Shown: piece by piece, positions 9,960 through 18,593 of the stretch | How positions within the stretch are numbered: position 1 is the stretch's first letter | Layout of the letters: each line of letters opens with the position of its first letter | Source: Ignavibacteriales bacterium | Lineage (GTDB): Bacteria > Bacteroidota > Ignavibacteria > UBA10030 | Direction of reading: 5' to 3' | Assembly: GCA_016207415.1 (NCBI GenBank) | Contig: JACQPT010000061.1 | Location: 1-48,010 of the forward strand | Length of the DNA: 48,010 nucleotides | Notes under the pieces: generated by a model | The model's input: only the letters and a program-made list of their open reading frames with translations | Database searches by the model: none | What the model was told of the DNA's origin: nothing | Translations under genes and position numbers: made by a program

Positions 9960-11252
9960 ATGCTAGGACCGGGCATTTCACCTTTATCCGACGGGAAGCA
10001 CACACAGCCAGTTGACCATCGAACGAGGCTGCGTCGAATTCTTCTCGTCATCACTTGTGTGTTTTCCGTGACTTTTTTTCTCGTGCATGGTGGCCGATAC
10101 GTTAGCAGGCTTACAAGCGGATTCGCGGCTTATTACGGTTTCTCCAAAATGCTCCTGGACGGATTACCACTCAGTAATGCCTACGCTTATGAATATTTCA
10201 ACGCACAACTGAGGGAATACGGGTTTACTGGAATCTGGGATATAGAATATAACCTGCCATCAAACTCTTTGCCGTTTTTGCCGTTTGCTTTCCTTTCACC
10301 CCACGCATCAAAAATTGCATGGACCGTAGCTTCTCTGATACTGTATTTGTTGTCGGTGAGAATGCTGTTATTGATTCATGGAATCGAGTGGTGGAGTAAC
10401 TTGGGTTTGTCGGTCATTGCCCTGGCGGCTCTTTGGCGGCCATCATACCATTGCATAGCTCACGGCCAGATGTATTTCCTCGTTCTTTTCTTGTTCACAT
10501 TGGCTTTACGGGGGCTCGTAAGGAAAAGGGTATCCCTCGTTTCAATCCCTCTTGCCTCTGCATTTTTTGCGAAAGGTTATGGCGTTATCAGCATCCTTTG
10601 GCTGATGTTCAATGGAAGAACAAGGATGATGCTCACAACAATCCTGATTGTCGTCGCCGCTATGGTCGTCACGCTTCCGATCATACACTTGGATGCGTGG
10701 GTCACATATTGGAATACAGTGGCGAGTGATTTCGGCTCCCTGGCGAAGAGCGGACGCGTTGCCTACCAGACATTAACCAGCTTGATTCTGCACTTGTTTT
10801 CATACGACTCCCGTTGGCTACCTTCACCCCTGATTGAGCTTCCAACGCACCTGGTGAGATTACTCATTTTCTTAACAAACGTAGGCCTGACAGTTTTTGC
10901 CTTGACCGCCGCACGCTCTAATAACTCATCACTGCTGCCAATCTCCTTCTCAATCGGCATTGCGATAAACGTTGTCACAGCTCCAATGGCAGAGGAATAC
11001 CATTTCGTGCTTGTTCTCCCATTGGCAATTTCCTTTTTATGTTACTTCTTCTCTGAAGAGAACAGCATTGCGAATCTCGATCTTTGGAAAATTATCGTGA
11101 TCGTCTCGATAATCGTTCTTGCGGTGCCAATCGGATACAAGTCATTGCAGGATTCAAGCTTCCCCCTTTATCTGATGGCATACCCAAAACTTTATGCTGC
11201 TCTTTTGCTCATCGTCGGTTCTCTTTTTGCAACAAGGAAAACAAAAACATGA
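9960..11252 (+). CDS. Second GT87/DUF2029-like GT-C membrane protein
   Basis: Same architecture as 2822-4054: GFAAYY, LPFLPFA, GQ, K-x-Y, EEYHFVL, C-terminal AYPKL. Confidence 0.75.
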   Translation: MLGPGISPLSDGKHTQPVDHRTRLRRILLVITCVFSVTFFLVHGGRYVSRLTSGFAAYYGFSKMLLDGLPLSNAYAYEYFNAQLREYGFTGIWDIEYNLPSNSLPFLPFAFLSPHASKIAWTVASLILYLLSVRMLLLIHGIEWWSNLGLSVIALAALWRPSYHCIAHGQMYFLVLFLFTLALRGLVRKRVSLVSIPLASAFFAKGYGVISILWLMFNGRTRMMLTTILIVVAAMVVTLPIIHLDAWVTYWNTVASDFGSLAKSGRVAYQTLTSLILHLFSYDSRWLPSPLIELPTHLVRLLIFLTNVGLTVFALTAARSNNSSLLPISFSIGIAINVVTAPMAEEYHFVLVLPLAISFLCYFFSEENSIANLDLWKIIVIVSIIVLAVPIGYKSLQDSSFPLYLMAYPKLYAALLLIVGSLFATRKTKT

Positions 11253-11387
11253 TGGACCGCTCATTCGCTTTCATCATTCCAAAGCAAACATGCGGTATAC
11301 GTAGCTGGAATTTTTGACCAGCGGCAAAATCAATACGAGATTTTCGCCGTCGATCTCGATAGTTCGACTATCCTCGCGTTGAATTGA

Positions 11388-11416
11388 TTGCATCTCACTC
11401 CAAACTTCTCTATCTT
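11388..11416 (+). promoter_or_regulatory. Putative sigma70 promoter of the cdd operon
   Basis: TTGCAT (11388-11393), 17 nt spacer, TATCTT (11411-11416); about 40 nt upstream of the cdd ATG. Confidence 0.5.
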
Positions 11417-11455
11417 CTTCCGGCATAAAAAAACATCTATGGCCAAGCGCACTTC

Positions 11456-11872
11456 ATGAGCAAAACATACGCCGAACTTGCAAGAGCGGCGCAAAAAGCG
11501 AAAACGTTTGCTCATGCTCCCTACTCAAAATTCCGTGTCGGCGCCGCACTCCTCACAAAAAACGGCAAGGTCTTCACCGGCTGTAATGTCGAGAACAGTT
11601 CCTACAGCCTGACTATTTGCGCTGAGCGGACGGCGATCTTCAAGGCTATTTCAGAAGGCCATCATCGGTTCAAAGCAATAGCCGTTTCATCGGATGACTC
11701 CGGGTTCACTCCTCCCTGTGGAGCTTGCAGGCAAGTCCTCATCGATCTTGCTGGGAACATCGATTTTATCATGGTCAACGCAAAGCAGCAAATGAAAGTC
11801 GTACCTCTTAAGATTCTGCTTCCTTTCGCATTTACTAGCAAGAATCTTCGGCGCTCAAAGAAAAAGAAATAA
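11456..11872 (+). CDS. cdd: Cytidine deaminase
   Basis: APYSKFRVGAA, GCNVEN, CAERTA and PCGACRQ zinc motifs (homotetrameric type). Confidence 0.96.
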   Translation: MSKTYAELARAAQKAKTFAHAPYSKFRVGAALLTKNGKVFTGCNVENSSYSLTICAERTAIFKAISEGHHRFKAIAVSSDDSGFTPPCGACRQVLIDLAGNIDFIMVNAKQQMKVVPLKILLPFAFTSKNLRRSKKKK

Positions 11873-11875
11873 CAC

Positions 11876-12451
11876 ATGGATACATCGGCTTCCCATAGCA
11901 TCCCTCGTGATGTCGGCTGGATCGAGGTTGTGTGCGGCTGCATGTTCAGCGGCAAAACTGAGGAACTCATACGCCGGCTCCGAAGGGCGCAAATTGCAAA
12001 ACAAAAAGTCGCCATTTTTAAGCCGCGCATCGACAAGCGCTACAGTGCCGAACATATCGTATCGCACAGCGACCAATCCCTCGTTTCCACTGTTGTTGAC
12101 GATGCAACGGAAATCTCGAGGCTCGCGGGAGACGCCCAGGTCATCGGCATTGACGAAGGGCAGTTTTTCAAAGCAAATCTCGTGGATGTTTGTGAATCTC
12201 TTGCAAATCAAGGAAAGCGAGTAATTGTTGCCGGCCTGGACCAGGACTATCGTGGAAAACCCTTCGAGCCGATGCCGCAACTTCTGGCCATCGCCGAATA
12301 CATCACCAAAACTCTCGCTATTTGCGTCGTCTGCGGAAATCCAGCAGACAGAACGCAACGCACAACAATCTCAAGTGAACGCGTCGTTGTGGGGGCAAAA
12401 GACATGTATGAAGCACGCTGCCGGCGCTGTCATCAACCCCTGCATGACTAG
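11876..12451 (+). CDS. tdk: Thymidine kinase
   Basis: [12 protein letters not shown]-loop, IDEGQF, AGLDQD, CVVC...CRRC zinc site. Confidence 0.96.
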   Translation: MDTSASHSIPRDVGWIEVVCGCMFSGKTEELIRRLRRAQIAKQKVAIFKPRIDKRYSAEHIVSHSDQSLVSTVVDDATEISRLAGDAQVIGIDEGQFFKANLVDVCESLANQGKRVIVAGLDQDYRGKPFEPMPQLLAIAEYITKTLAICVVCGNPADRTQRTTISSERVVVGAKDMYEARCRRCHQPLHD

Positions 12452-12485
12452 TGTCGATTCTCATTTTCTTCGCAGGACTTGAATC

Positions 12486-13844
12486 ATGACTATTCTCTCT
12501 CTGCTCCAGGGCATTCTCGGTATTGTCGTTCTGTTGGGGATTGCATTTTTGTTTTCCAACAATAAACGAAGAATTAATTGGCGGCTTGTTGGAACGGGCC
12601 TTGCCATTCAAGTCACATTCGGAACACTCGTGATCAAAGGGCATGAGATGGGAGCCGTCTTTTCTCCTCTCGGCTGGCCTAAAGCGCTGTTCGAAAAAAT
12701 TGCGGAAGGATTTGTGGTCATCCTGGGATTTACGACGGACGGAGCCAGGTTCGTCTTCGGCAGCCTCGCAAACAGCCCGGGCAATGAGGGTTCGCTGGGG
12801 TTTTTCTTTGCGTTCCAGGTTTTGCCCACAATTATCTTTTTTTCCTCGCTCATGTCCGTGCTCTATTATCTGGGTGTCATGCAAAAAGTTGTCCAGGGAA
12901 TGGCATGGGTAATGGCGAGATTGATGGGAACCAGCGGGGCCGAATCGCTTTCAAACACAGCGAACATCTTCGTAGGCCAAACGGAAGCGCCTTTGATGAT
13001 TCGTCCGTTTGTCGGCACCATGACAAACTCTGAACTCCTGACCATCATGGTTGGCGGGATGGCGACCATTGCAGGAGGTGTCATGGCGGCGTATGTCCAA
13101 ATGCTTGGTTCTGCCTTCGCTCAGGCACACAGCCTTGGGATTCAAGCCGCTCAGGTGAAGTTTGCAGCTCAACTGCTTGGAGCGAGCATCATGGCTGCTC
13201 CCGCCGCGCTGTTGATCTCAAAGATCATTTTTCCGGAAACCGAAGAACCGGTCACCAAGGGAACGGTAAAAGTAAAGGTGGAAAAAAACGCAACGAACGT
13301 GATCGAGGCGGCTGCCGCTGGAGCCGGTGACGGGCTCCATTTGGCCCTCAACGTCGGAGCCATGCTCCTGGCCTTCATTGCAATGATTAGCCTAGTCAAT
13401 TATCTCTTGAACGCACTTGGCGACATTGCCGGGATTAACTCTTATCTCCAGGCAAATTTCGGCCAGCCGTTGAACCTTCAGGTTATCCTTGGAACATCGC
13501 TCCAGTATTTGGCGCTCGCTATCGGCGTGCCTTCTTCCGAGATTTTCCAATTTGGAAGCCTCTTGGGGACGAAGATTGTGCTGAATGAATTTGTCGCTTA
13601 TCTCGACATGGCTAAACTCATTACCGAGAACAAGCTCGTTTCCGAAAAAGCAATTGCGATGGCCAGCTTCGCACTTTGCGGGTTTGCGAATTTTTCCTCC
13701 ATTGCAATCCAAATCGGCGGAATCAGCCCTATGGCGCCCCACCGTCGAAAGGACCTGGCCGCTCTCGGATTAAGGGCTGTCCTTGGTGGAGCGCTCGCTA
13801 CACTGCTGACCGCCACAATCGCCGGCATCCTTATTGGCGGATGA
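12486..13844 (+). CDS. nupC: Concentrative nucleoside transporter (CNT/NupC family)
   Basis: FFAFQVLPTIIFFS, GQTEAPL, ATIAG, LNEFVAY, LCGFANFSSIAI. Confidence 0.93.
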   Translation: MTILSLLQGILGIVVLLGIAFLFSNNKRRINWRLVGTGLAIQVTFGTLVIKGHEMGAVFSPLGWPKALFEKIAEGFVVILGFTTDGARFVFGSLANSPGNEGSLGFFFAFQVLPTIIFFSSLMSVLYYLGVMQKVVQGMAWVMARLMGTSGAESLSNTANIFVGQTEAPLMIRPFVGTMTNSELLTIMVGGMATIAGGVMAAYVQMLGSAFAQAHSLGIQAAQVKFAAQLLGASIMAAPAALLISKIIFPETEEPVTKGTVKVKVEKNATNVIEAAAAGAGDGLHLALNVGAMLLAFIAMISLVNYLLNALGDIAGINSYLQANFGQPLNLQVILGTSLQYLALAIGVPSSEIFQFGSLLGTKIVLNEFVAYLDMAKLITENKLVSEKAIAMASFALCGFANFSSIAIQIGGISPMAPHRRKDLAALGLRAVLGGALATLLTATIAGILIGG

Positions 13845-13860
13845 GGAAGGGTAAACATTC

Positions 13861-14730
13861 TTGGATGGACGCTCGTTTCAGGAATCCGTCGACTTCATCA
13901 GGTCGAGGTACCAACACCGTCCGGCTGTCGCGTTAATCCTTGGCTCGGGTTTGGGCGATTTTGCCGAGACGCTCAAAACTGAAAGTATCATTCAAGCAGC
14001 TGAGATTCCTTACTATCCTGTCTCCACTGTGCAGGGCCATGCCGGAAGGCTTGTGTTCGGCCAAATAATCCGGGGTCGTAAGTCTTCTCAACGCCTCTTG
14101 GTTTTTCAGGGTCGTGTTCACTTCTACGAGTCGGGCATCCTCGATTCCGTCGTTTACCCTGTTTTGCTCGCTCACAAACTCGGAGCACGAGTTCTCCTTG
14201 TGACGAATGCCGCTGGCGGGATCAATTCGCGTTTTCGTGCGGGCGACTTGATGCTTCTCCGAGACGTGCTGAGTTTCGCCTTTCTACCGCCCTCTCGCTC
14301 AATCAGGAAATCTGGACGTTCAGGAGCAACTAGATCGAGGATCGACGGGAGAACTTTCACACGTTCGTTTGTCAGCGGGGGCGGCTATTTCGACCTGAGG
14401 CTTCAGCGTATCATCCGCTCCGCGGCAAGGAAAGTCTCACTCTCGCTTCAGGAGGGAACATATTGTTGGCTGAGGGGACCGACATACGAAACCGCCGCGG
14501 AAATACGCATGCTCGGCATTCTCGGGGCTGACGCAGTGGGAATGTCCACGGTTCCGGAAATTATCACGGCGAAGCGGCTTGGAATGCGGGTAGCGGCCAT
14601 CTCGCTTATTTCAAATCTTGCCACAGGAATATCGCACCAAAAACTTTCCCACGAAGAGGTAACAGAGACTGGGAACCAGGTGAAGGAAAGTTTTTCAAAT
14701 CTTCTGCAGGAAGTTCTGTTCCGCCTGTAA
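13861..14730 (+). CDS. punA: Purine-nucleoside phosphorylase (trimeric type)
   Basis: ILGSGLG, GHAG, QGRVHFYE, TNAAGG, GPTYET, VGMSTVPE, SNLA, HEEV. TTG start with upstream GAGGAAGG. Confidence 0.92.
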   Translation: MDGRSFQESVDFIRSRYQHRPAVALILGSGLGDFAETLKTESIIQAAEIPYYPVSTVQGHAGRLVFGQIIRGRKSSQRLLVFQGRVHFYESGILDSVVYPVLLAHKLGARVLLVTNAAGGINSRFRAGDLMLLRDVLSFAFLPPSRSIRKSGRSGATRSRIDGRTFTRSFVSGGGYFDLRLQRIIRSAARKVSLSLQEGTYCWLRGPTYETAAEIRMLGILGADAVGMSTVPEIITAKRLGMRVAAISLISNLATGISHQKLSHEEVTETGNQVKESFSNLLQEVLFRL

Positions 14731-14736
14731 GCCCTC

Positions 14737-15159
14737 TTAACGGAAAATCTGGTACAACATCAGATAGATCACCACTCCGGTGACTGAAACATAGAGCCAC
14801 ACGGGGTACGTCCATCTTGCAATTCTTCGGTGAACTTCATAGTTGCCTTTCAGTCCGCGACGAAGTGTGATAATAGCGAGAGGAACAATGAGTGTGGCAA
14901 GGACCGTGTGGGACAGCAGGATCGCGAAATACACTGGCCTTACCCAACCCTCACCCTGAAATGGCTGCGAGCCATGGTGGTAGTGATAGATCAGGTAGGA
15001 TGTGAGGAACAAGCCTGAGAGGATAAACACTGTGATCATACTCTTTCGATGCGCGGGGATGTTTCCTTTTTTCATGAAGTGATGACCGATGACGAGAAAA
15101 GCTGCGCTGCAGGTGTTGAGGAAGGCGTTGAGGAGTGGTAAATCAGAAACGGAGATCAT
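14737..15159 (-). CDS. DUF420 family membrane protein (oxidase-associated)
   Basis: LNAFLN, H-x-K-x-M, FLTSYLIYH, SHTVLA, HRRIARWTYPVWLYVSVTG. Confidence 0.88.
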   Translation of the reverse strand: MISVSDLPLLNAFLNTCSAAFLVIGHHFMKKGNIPAHRKSMITVFILSGLFLTSYLIYHYHHGSQPFQGEGWVRPVYFAILLSHTVLATLIVPLAIITLRRGLKGNYEVHRRIARWTYPVWLYVSVTGVVIYLMLYQIFR

Positions 15160-16046
15160 TACACCTTATCGACTACCATCACGAGCATCAACGTGGGCAA
15201 GTACAGCAAGGACGAAAAGAAAATCCGACGCGAGTATCTATTGGCCAAGGCTTGATGATGCTGATTCAAAGTTGAGAGACGGAAAAGGATTGCATACCAA
15301 AGCAGTCCGAAGCTGAGCAAAAGAGCGGTGACCAGATACAAGCGGCCAGCCAAACCTATCCAGGAAACGCAAAGGCTGACCGCAAGCAATAGAGATGACG
15401 CCACGAGAATGTGAAGGCTGGTTCTCCTCCCCCATTCGTCGATAACGGGAAGCATCCTAAATCCCGCCCGCGCATAGTCTTTCTTATACATCCAGGCAAG
15501 GGACAGAAAGTGCGGAATCTGCCATACGAACAGAATGCCGAAAAGAACCCACGCGTCAACGGTGATTCCATTTCGTGCCGCCGCCCAGCCGACAAAGGTT
15601 GGTAGAGATCCCGGTATAGCGCCAACGAGGGTGTTCCACCACACAACCCGCTTCAGAGGCGTATAGAGAACCAGGTAGGTCACCAACGTCAACGCCGCAA
15701 AGAACGCAGTAAGCAAATTATTGAACGCGGCCAGCACAACAAGGCCTGCGATAGCGATCGAGTTTCCAAAAATCAAAGCCGCCAATGGAGAGATTCTTCC
15801 CGCAGGGAGAGGCCTGCGTTCAGTCCTTTTCATGAGGGCGTCGTATTTACGCTCGAAATACTCGTTCAGTGCTCCCGCCCCACCACCGACGAGAAGCGTT
15901 CCAAAAGCAGCCGAAGAAAGCCGGGTCGTGTCCACGCCGTCCGTGGAAGCAAGATAGAAAGCGCACACTGAGGTGAGAGTGGAGAGTCCAGTAAGCTCTG
16001 GTTTTATTAAATCTATATAACTTCTTATCTGAATGTAGCTTATCAT
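15159..16046 (-). CDS. ctaB: Heme o synthase (protoheme IX farnesyltransferase)
   Basis: DALMKRTERRPLPAG, YTPLKR, GAIPG, WQIPHF, DYARAG. Confidence 0.95.
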   Translation of the reverse strand: MISYIQIRSYIDLIKPELTGLSTLTSVCAFYLASTDGVDTTRLSSAAFGTLLVGGGAGALNEYFERKYDALMKRTERRPLPAGRISPLAALIFGNSIAIAGLVVLAAFNNLLTAFFAALTLVTYLVLYTPLKRVVWWNTLVGAIPGSLPTFVGWAAARNGITVDAWVLFGILFVWQIPHFLSLAWMYKKDYARAGFRMLPVIDEWGRRTSLHILVASSLLLAVSLCVSWIGLAGRLYLVTALLLSFGLLWYAILFRLSTLNQHHQALANRYSRRIFFSSLLYLPTLMLVMVVDKV

Positions 16047-16070
16047 GACTTCATAATGTCAATTATAGAA

Positions 16071-17096
16071 CTAAACTGTAGATTCTGCTGCGTCTGCGCT
16101 CAGCTCACGCTCCCTACGAGGATACCTTCCAGATCTCCTAACGATAAATACCGCCTGGACTGACACCATCAAAAGCAATGCTCCCAGAGACTGATGAGCC
16201 GTAGCAATTATCTCTGATTTCCTTGTCAAAACAATATATGCTCCCAAAACAAGCTGAACCGAAAGGCCGCCGAGAAGAAGAAAACTGAAACGCGTATAAA
16301 GAGTATCCAGTTTCCGAAGCGCCCAGAGCTTCAGTGATGTCACAATCAAAAAACACGTCACCACAAGAGCCCAGTAGCGATGGATGACATGCAGCGAAAC
16401 CTGCGAGGCGGTTATCGGCCCATCCGCATGCAGACGGATGTCTGTACGGATGAGTTGTTCGTTGTACCGAGCGATGTCTTCCGGGGATACGGAGGGAATA
16501 AGTTGTCCGTACGCGAGCGGGAAATCCGGAACGGCCAGCCCTGAGTGTGTGTGCCTCATAACGGCCCCAAGAATCAATTGGACCAGAACCACTCCCACCG
16601 TTCCAACGAAAAATGCCGAGGACGGCACGCTTGCCTCTTTTGCCTGTATCACCGAAGCTTCTCCATACCACCACCGTGATGTGAAGAGTGCGAGAGCGGA
16701 AACTGTGCAAAAAAATATCTGCGCCAATGTGGCATGGGTCGCGGACACCTCGGGCGGGAGCATCATCTTAACCGTTAATCCGCCCAGCAGTCCCTGAATA
16801 ATCACTCCAACAAGCGCAAGGACCGCAAGCTTGCGGACCCAGGCGCGTTTCTCAACACGCAGAAACCAAACCGTCAGGAAAACCGTCAAGAGGCCGACAA
16901 AGGATGCTATCATCCTGTGTCCATGCTCGTAAAAGATCCCTCCGACCATCGGCGGCATGAGCTTTCCGTACGACAAAGGCCAATCGGGAACCGCGAGGCC
17001 TGACCCCGTGCTCGTGACCATGCCTCCTGCAATAAGTAACAGGAATGTGCAGCATGCCGTGAACACTGTATATCGATGGAGTGACTTGTTATACAT
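16071..17096 (-). CDS. ctaA: Heme A synthase (COX15/CtaA)
   Basis: GGMVTSTGSGLAVPDWP, EHGHR, QGLLGG, conserved His in helices (ATH, IHR, TAHQ). Start placed at ATG 17096. Confidence 0.9.
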   Translation of the reverse strand: MYNKSLHRYTVFTACCTFLLLIAGGMVTSTGSGLAVPDWPLSYGKLMPPMVGGIFYEHGHRMIASFVGLLTVFLTVWFLRVEKRAWVRKLAVLALVGVIIQGLLGGLTVKMMLPPEVSATHATLAQIFFCTVSALALFTSRWWYGEASVIQAKEASVPSSAFFVGTVGVVLVQLILGAVMRHTHSGLAVPDFPLAYGQLIPSVSPEDIARYNEQLIRTDIRLHADGPITASQVSLHVIHRYWALVVTCFLIVTSLKLWALRKLDTLYTRFSFLLLGGLSVQLVLGAYIVLTRKSEIIATAHQSLGALLLMVSVQAVFIVRRSGRYPRRERELSADAAESTV

Positions 17097-17107
17097 AGTA
17101 TGAGAGT

Positions 17108-17145
17108 AAAAAAAGCGATGCCTTCCGTCGAGAGGAAGGCATCGC
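17108..17145 (-). terminator. Intrinsic terminator between coxB and ctaA
   Basis: Perfect 12-bp stem GCGATGCCTTCC (17115-17126) / GGAAGGCATCGC (17134-17145), 7-nt loop, followed by U7 on the minus strand (A7 at 17108-17114). Confidence 0.8.
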
Positions 17146-17169
17146 GCCGTCAAACTCACGCCATAAGGC

Positions 17170-18309
17170 TTATGGTTGCAGGTACGAAGCTTCCATCTTG
17201 AGCCAGGCGTCAAATTCTTCCGCGGACTCGACAATCATCGTCCCCCGCATACGGTAGTGGCCCAACCCACAAAGCTGCGCACAGGCAATTTCTGTCGGTG
17301 AAGCGAGCTCCACCATTACTAGGGTAAAGCCGTTTTCGAAGAGCGTAGGCACAACCGCGTCGCTGATCATGTCTCCCTTCCTTGCAATGACGGAACCATC
17401 TTTGGCAGTGTAGTCCTGACCGGCCACCTTTTCGAATGTCATTGCCACCGGCACCGCGACAAGTTTTATCGGATTGAATTCAGCGCCGCTTTCTGTCACG
17501 GCCTGAACGAGTTGCTCCTTGACAAAGGGAAGTACCCTCGTTCCTTTCGGAATGACGACCGATCCATCCTTCTGATTTACGATATCGTTGAGCGTTACAA
17601 AATCCAGATAGTTGAGCAAATCGTCGCGCTGGAAATCGAATTCAACTTCTTTTCCTATTTTGTACGTATACCTGAGCATTTCCCTGATTTCAGCCGTCGT
17701 TTTCGTAGGCACAAACCACACGGGGAAAACATCGCCAGGGATGGCATCTTGTTTCACTCGAAAAAACGGCAGGCTAAAACTGTGTATGACATCCTTGCTG
17801 CTTAGCCGGACGATAACAGGTTTGTTGACGGGCAGGTGGAACTGGTTAATGGTCGTGATGTCGTCCTTTGCGCTGGCATCGGAACGATCCAGTCCGAGCG
17901 GGTTCTCTGCGGACACGAGGGAAATATCCGTTCGGCCGAAAACCCCATCAGCACCGGGATAGTGGACGTTCCAGTTAAACTGTTCGCCCACCACTCGCAC
18001 GATCAATGCTTCCTTTTCCGAAGGGAAGGCGTTCACGCGTTTGGCCCACAACGGGAAAGCAAGGCCAATCAGGACCACGATCTCAAAAATGGCCACGCCC
18101 CCTTCCAGATAGTTCGACGCATGGCTTCTCAATCCCAAGTAATCAGCCTTAGGATTGCGCGAGCTCCTAAAACGCATTATGGTGAAAAGCAAGAATGTCC
18201 CCCACCCTACAAACAGAATCAACATAGCCCAATGCATCACGCTCGTCATGTTGTCGATTTCAGGCCCATGAGCCGACGCCACCACCGGAAAACTGAGGAA
18301 GTCAAACAT
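17170..18309 (-). CDS. coxB: Cytochrome c oxidase subunit II (CuA), with a large internal insertion
   Basis: Two N-terminal TM helices, EQFNW, SKDVIHSF, KQDAIPG and CuA motif CAQLCGLGHYRM. Confidence 0.93.
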   Translation of the reverse strand: MFDFLSFPVVASAHGPEIDNMTSVMHWAMLILFVGWGTFLLFTIMRFRSSRNPKADYLGLRSHASNYLEGGVAIFEIVVLIGLAFPLWAKRVNAFPSEKEALIVRVVGEQFNWNVHYPGADGVFGRTDISLVSAENPLGLDRSDASAKDDITTINQFHLPVNKPVIVRLSSKDVIHSFSLPFFRVKQDAIPGDVFPVWFVPTKTTAEIREMLRYTYKIGKEVEFDFQRDDLLNYLDFVTLNDIVNQKDGSVVIPKGTRVLPFVKEQLVQAVTESGAEFNPIKLVAVPVAMTFEKVAGQDYTAKDGSVIARKGDMISDAVVPTLFENGFTLVMVELASPTEIACAQLCGLGHYRMRGTMIVESAEEFDAWLKMEASYLQP

Positions 18310-18326
18310 GGATGAACGATCTCCTT

Positions 18327-18578
18327 TTAATTCAGACTTGGATAATCAAATGTTCCCTCAACGGTCATCTTCATTCGCTTTCTGAGGTAGACGAAAAAGG
18401 CGCCAAAAAGCGAAAGCAGTCCGCCGGTGATTCCCAGCAGAACGAGAACGGCCATATTCACGCTGTCGTTGGTTTTGCTGGCCTCGCCGGCTCCAAAGCA
18501 GACGGGACAACTCATTACCGCATCGGTGAAAGCAATCAGTGCAACCAGCGAAAAGCCAACCAACGCGAGTTTCTTCAT
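18327..18578 (-). CDS. Small exported/membrane protein with a CxxC motif (oxidase-associated)
   Basis: Strong RBS (GAGGGGAG), signal-peptide-like N-terminus, SCPVCFG, one C-terminal TM helix; in-operon position. Confidence 0.7.
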   Translation of the reverse strand: MKKLALVGFSLVALIAFTDAVMSCPVCFGAGEASKTNDSVNMAVLVLLGITGGLLSLFGAFFVYLRKRMKMTVEGTFDYPSLN

Positions 18579-18593
18579 TGTTCTCCCCTCCTC

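Noticed and set aside
1-11252. RiPP interpretation of the radical SAM/SPASM cluster
   Set aside because: No precursor peptide, RRE/PqqD domain, peptidase or exporter is visible in the window; the glycosyltransferases point to a glycan or lipid product.
16071-17234. ORF-track upstream extensions of ctaA (also coxD 19273, petB 26829, rbfA 35916, lnt 46659, MT 5336, rSAM 8833)
   Set aside because: They overlap neighbouring genes or a terminator; downstream starts with RBS or stop-start coupling fit better.
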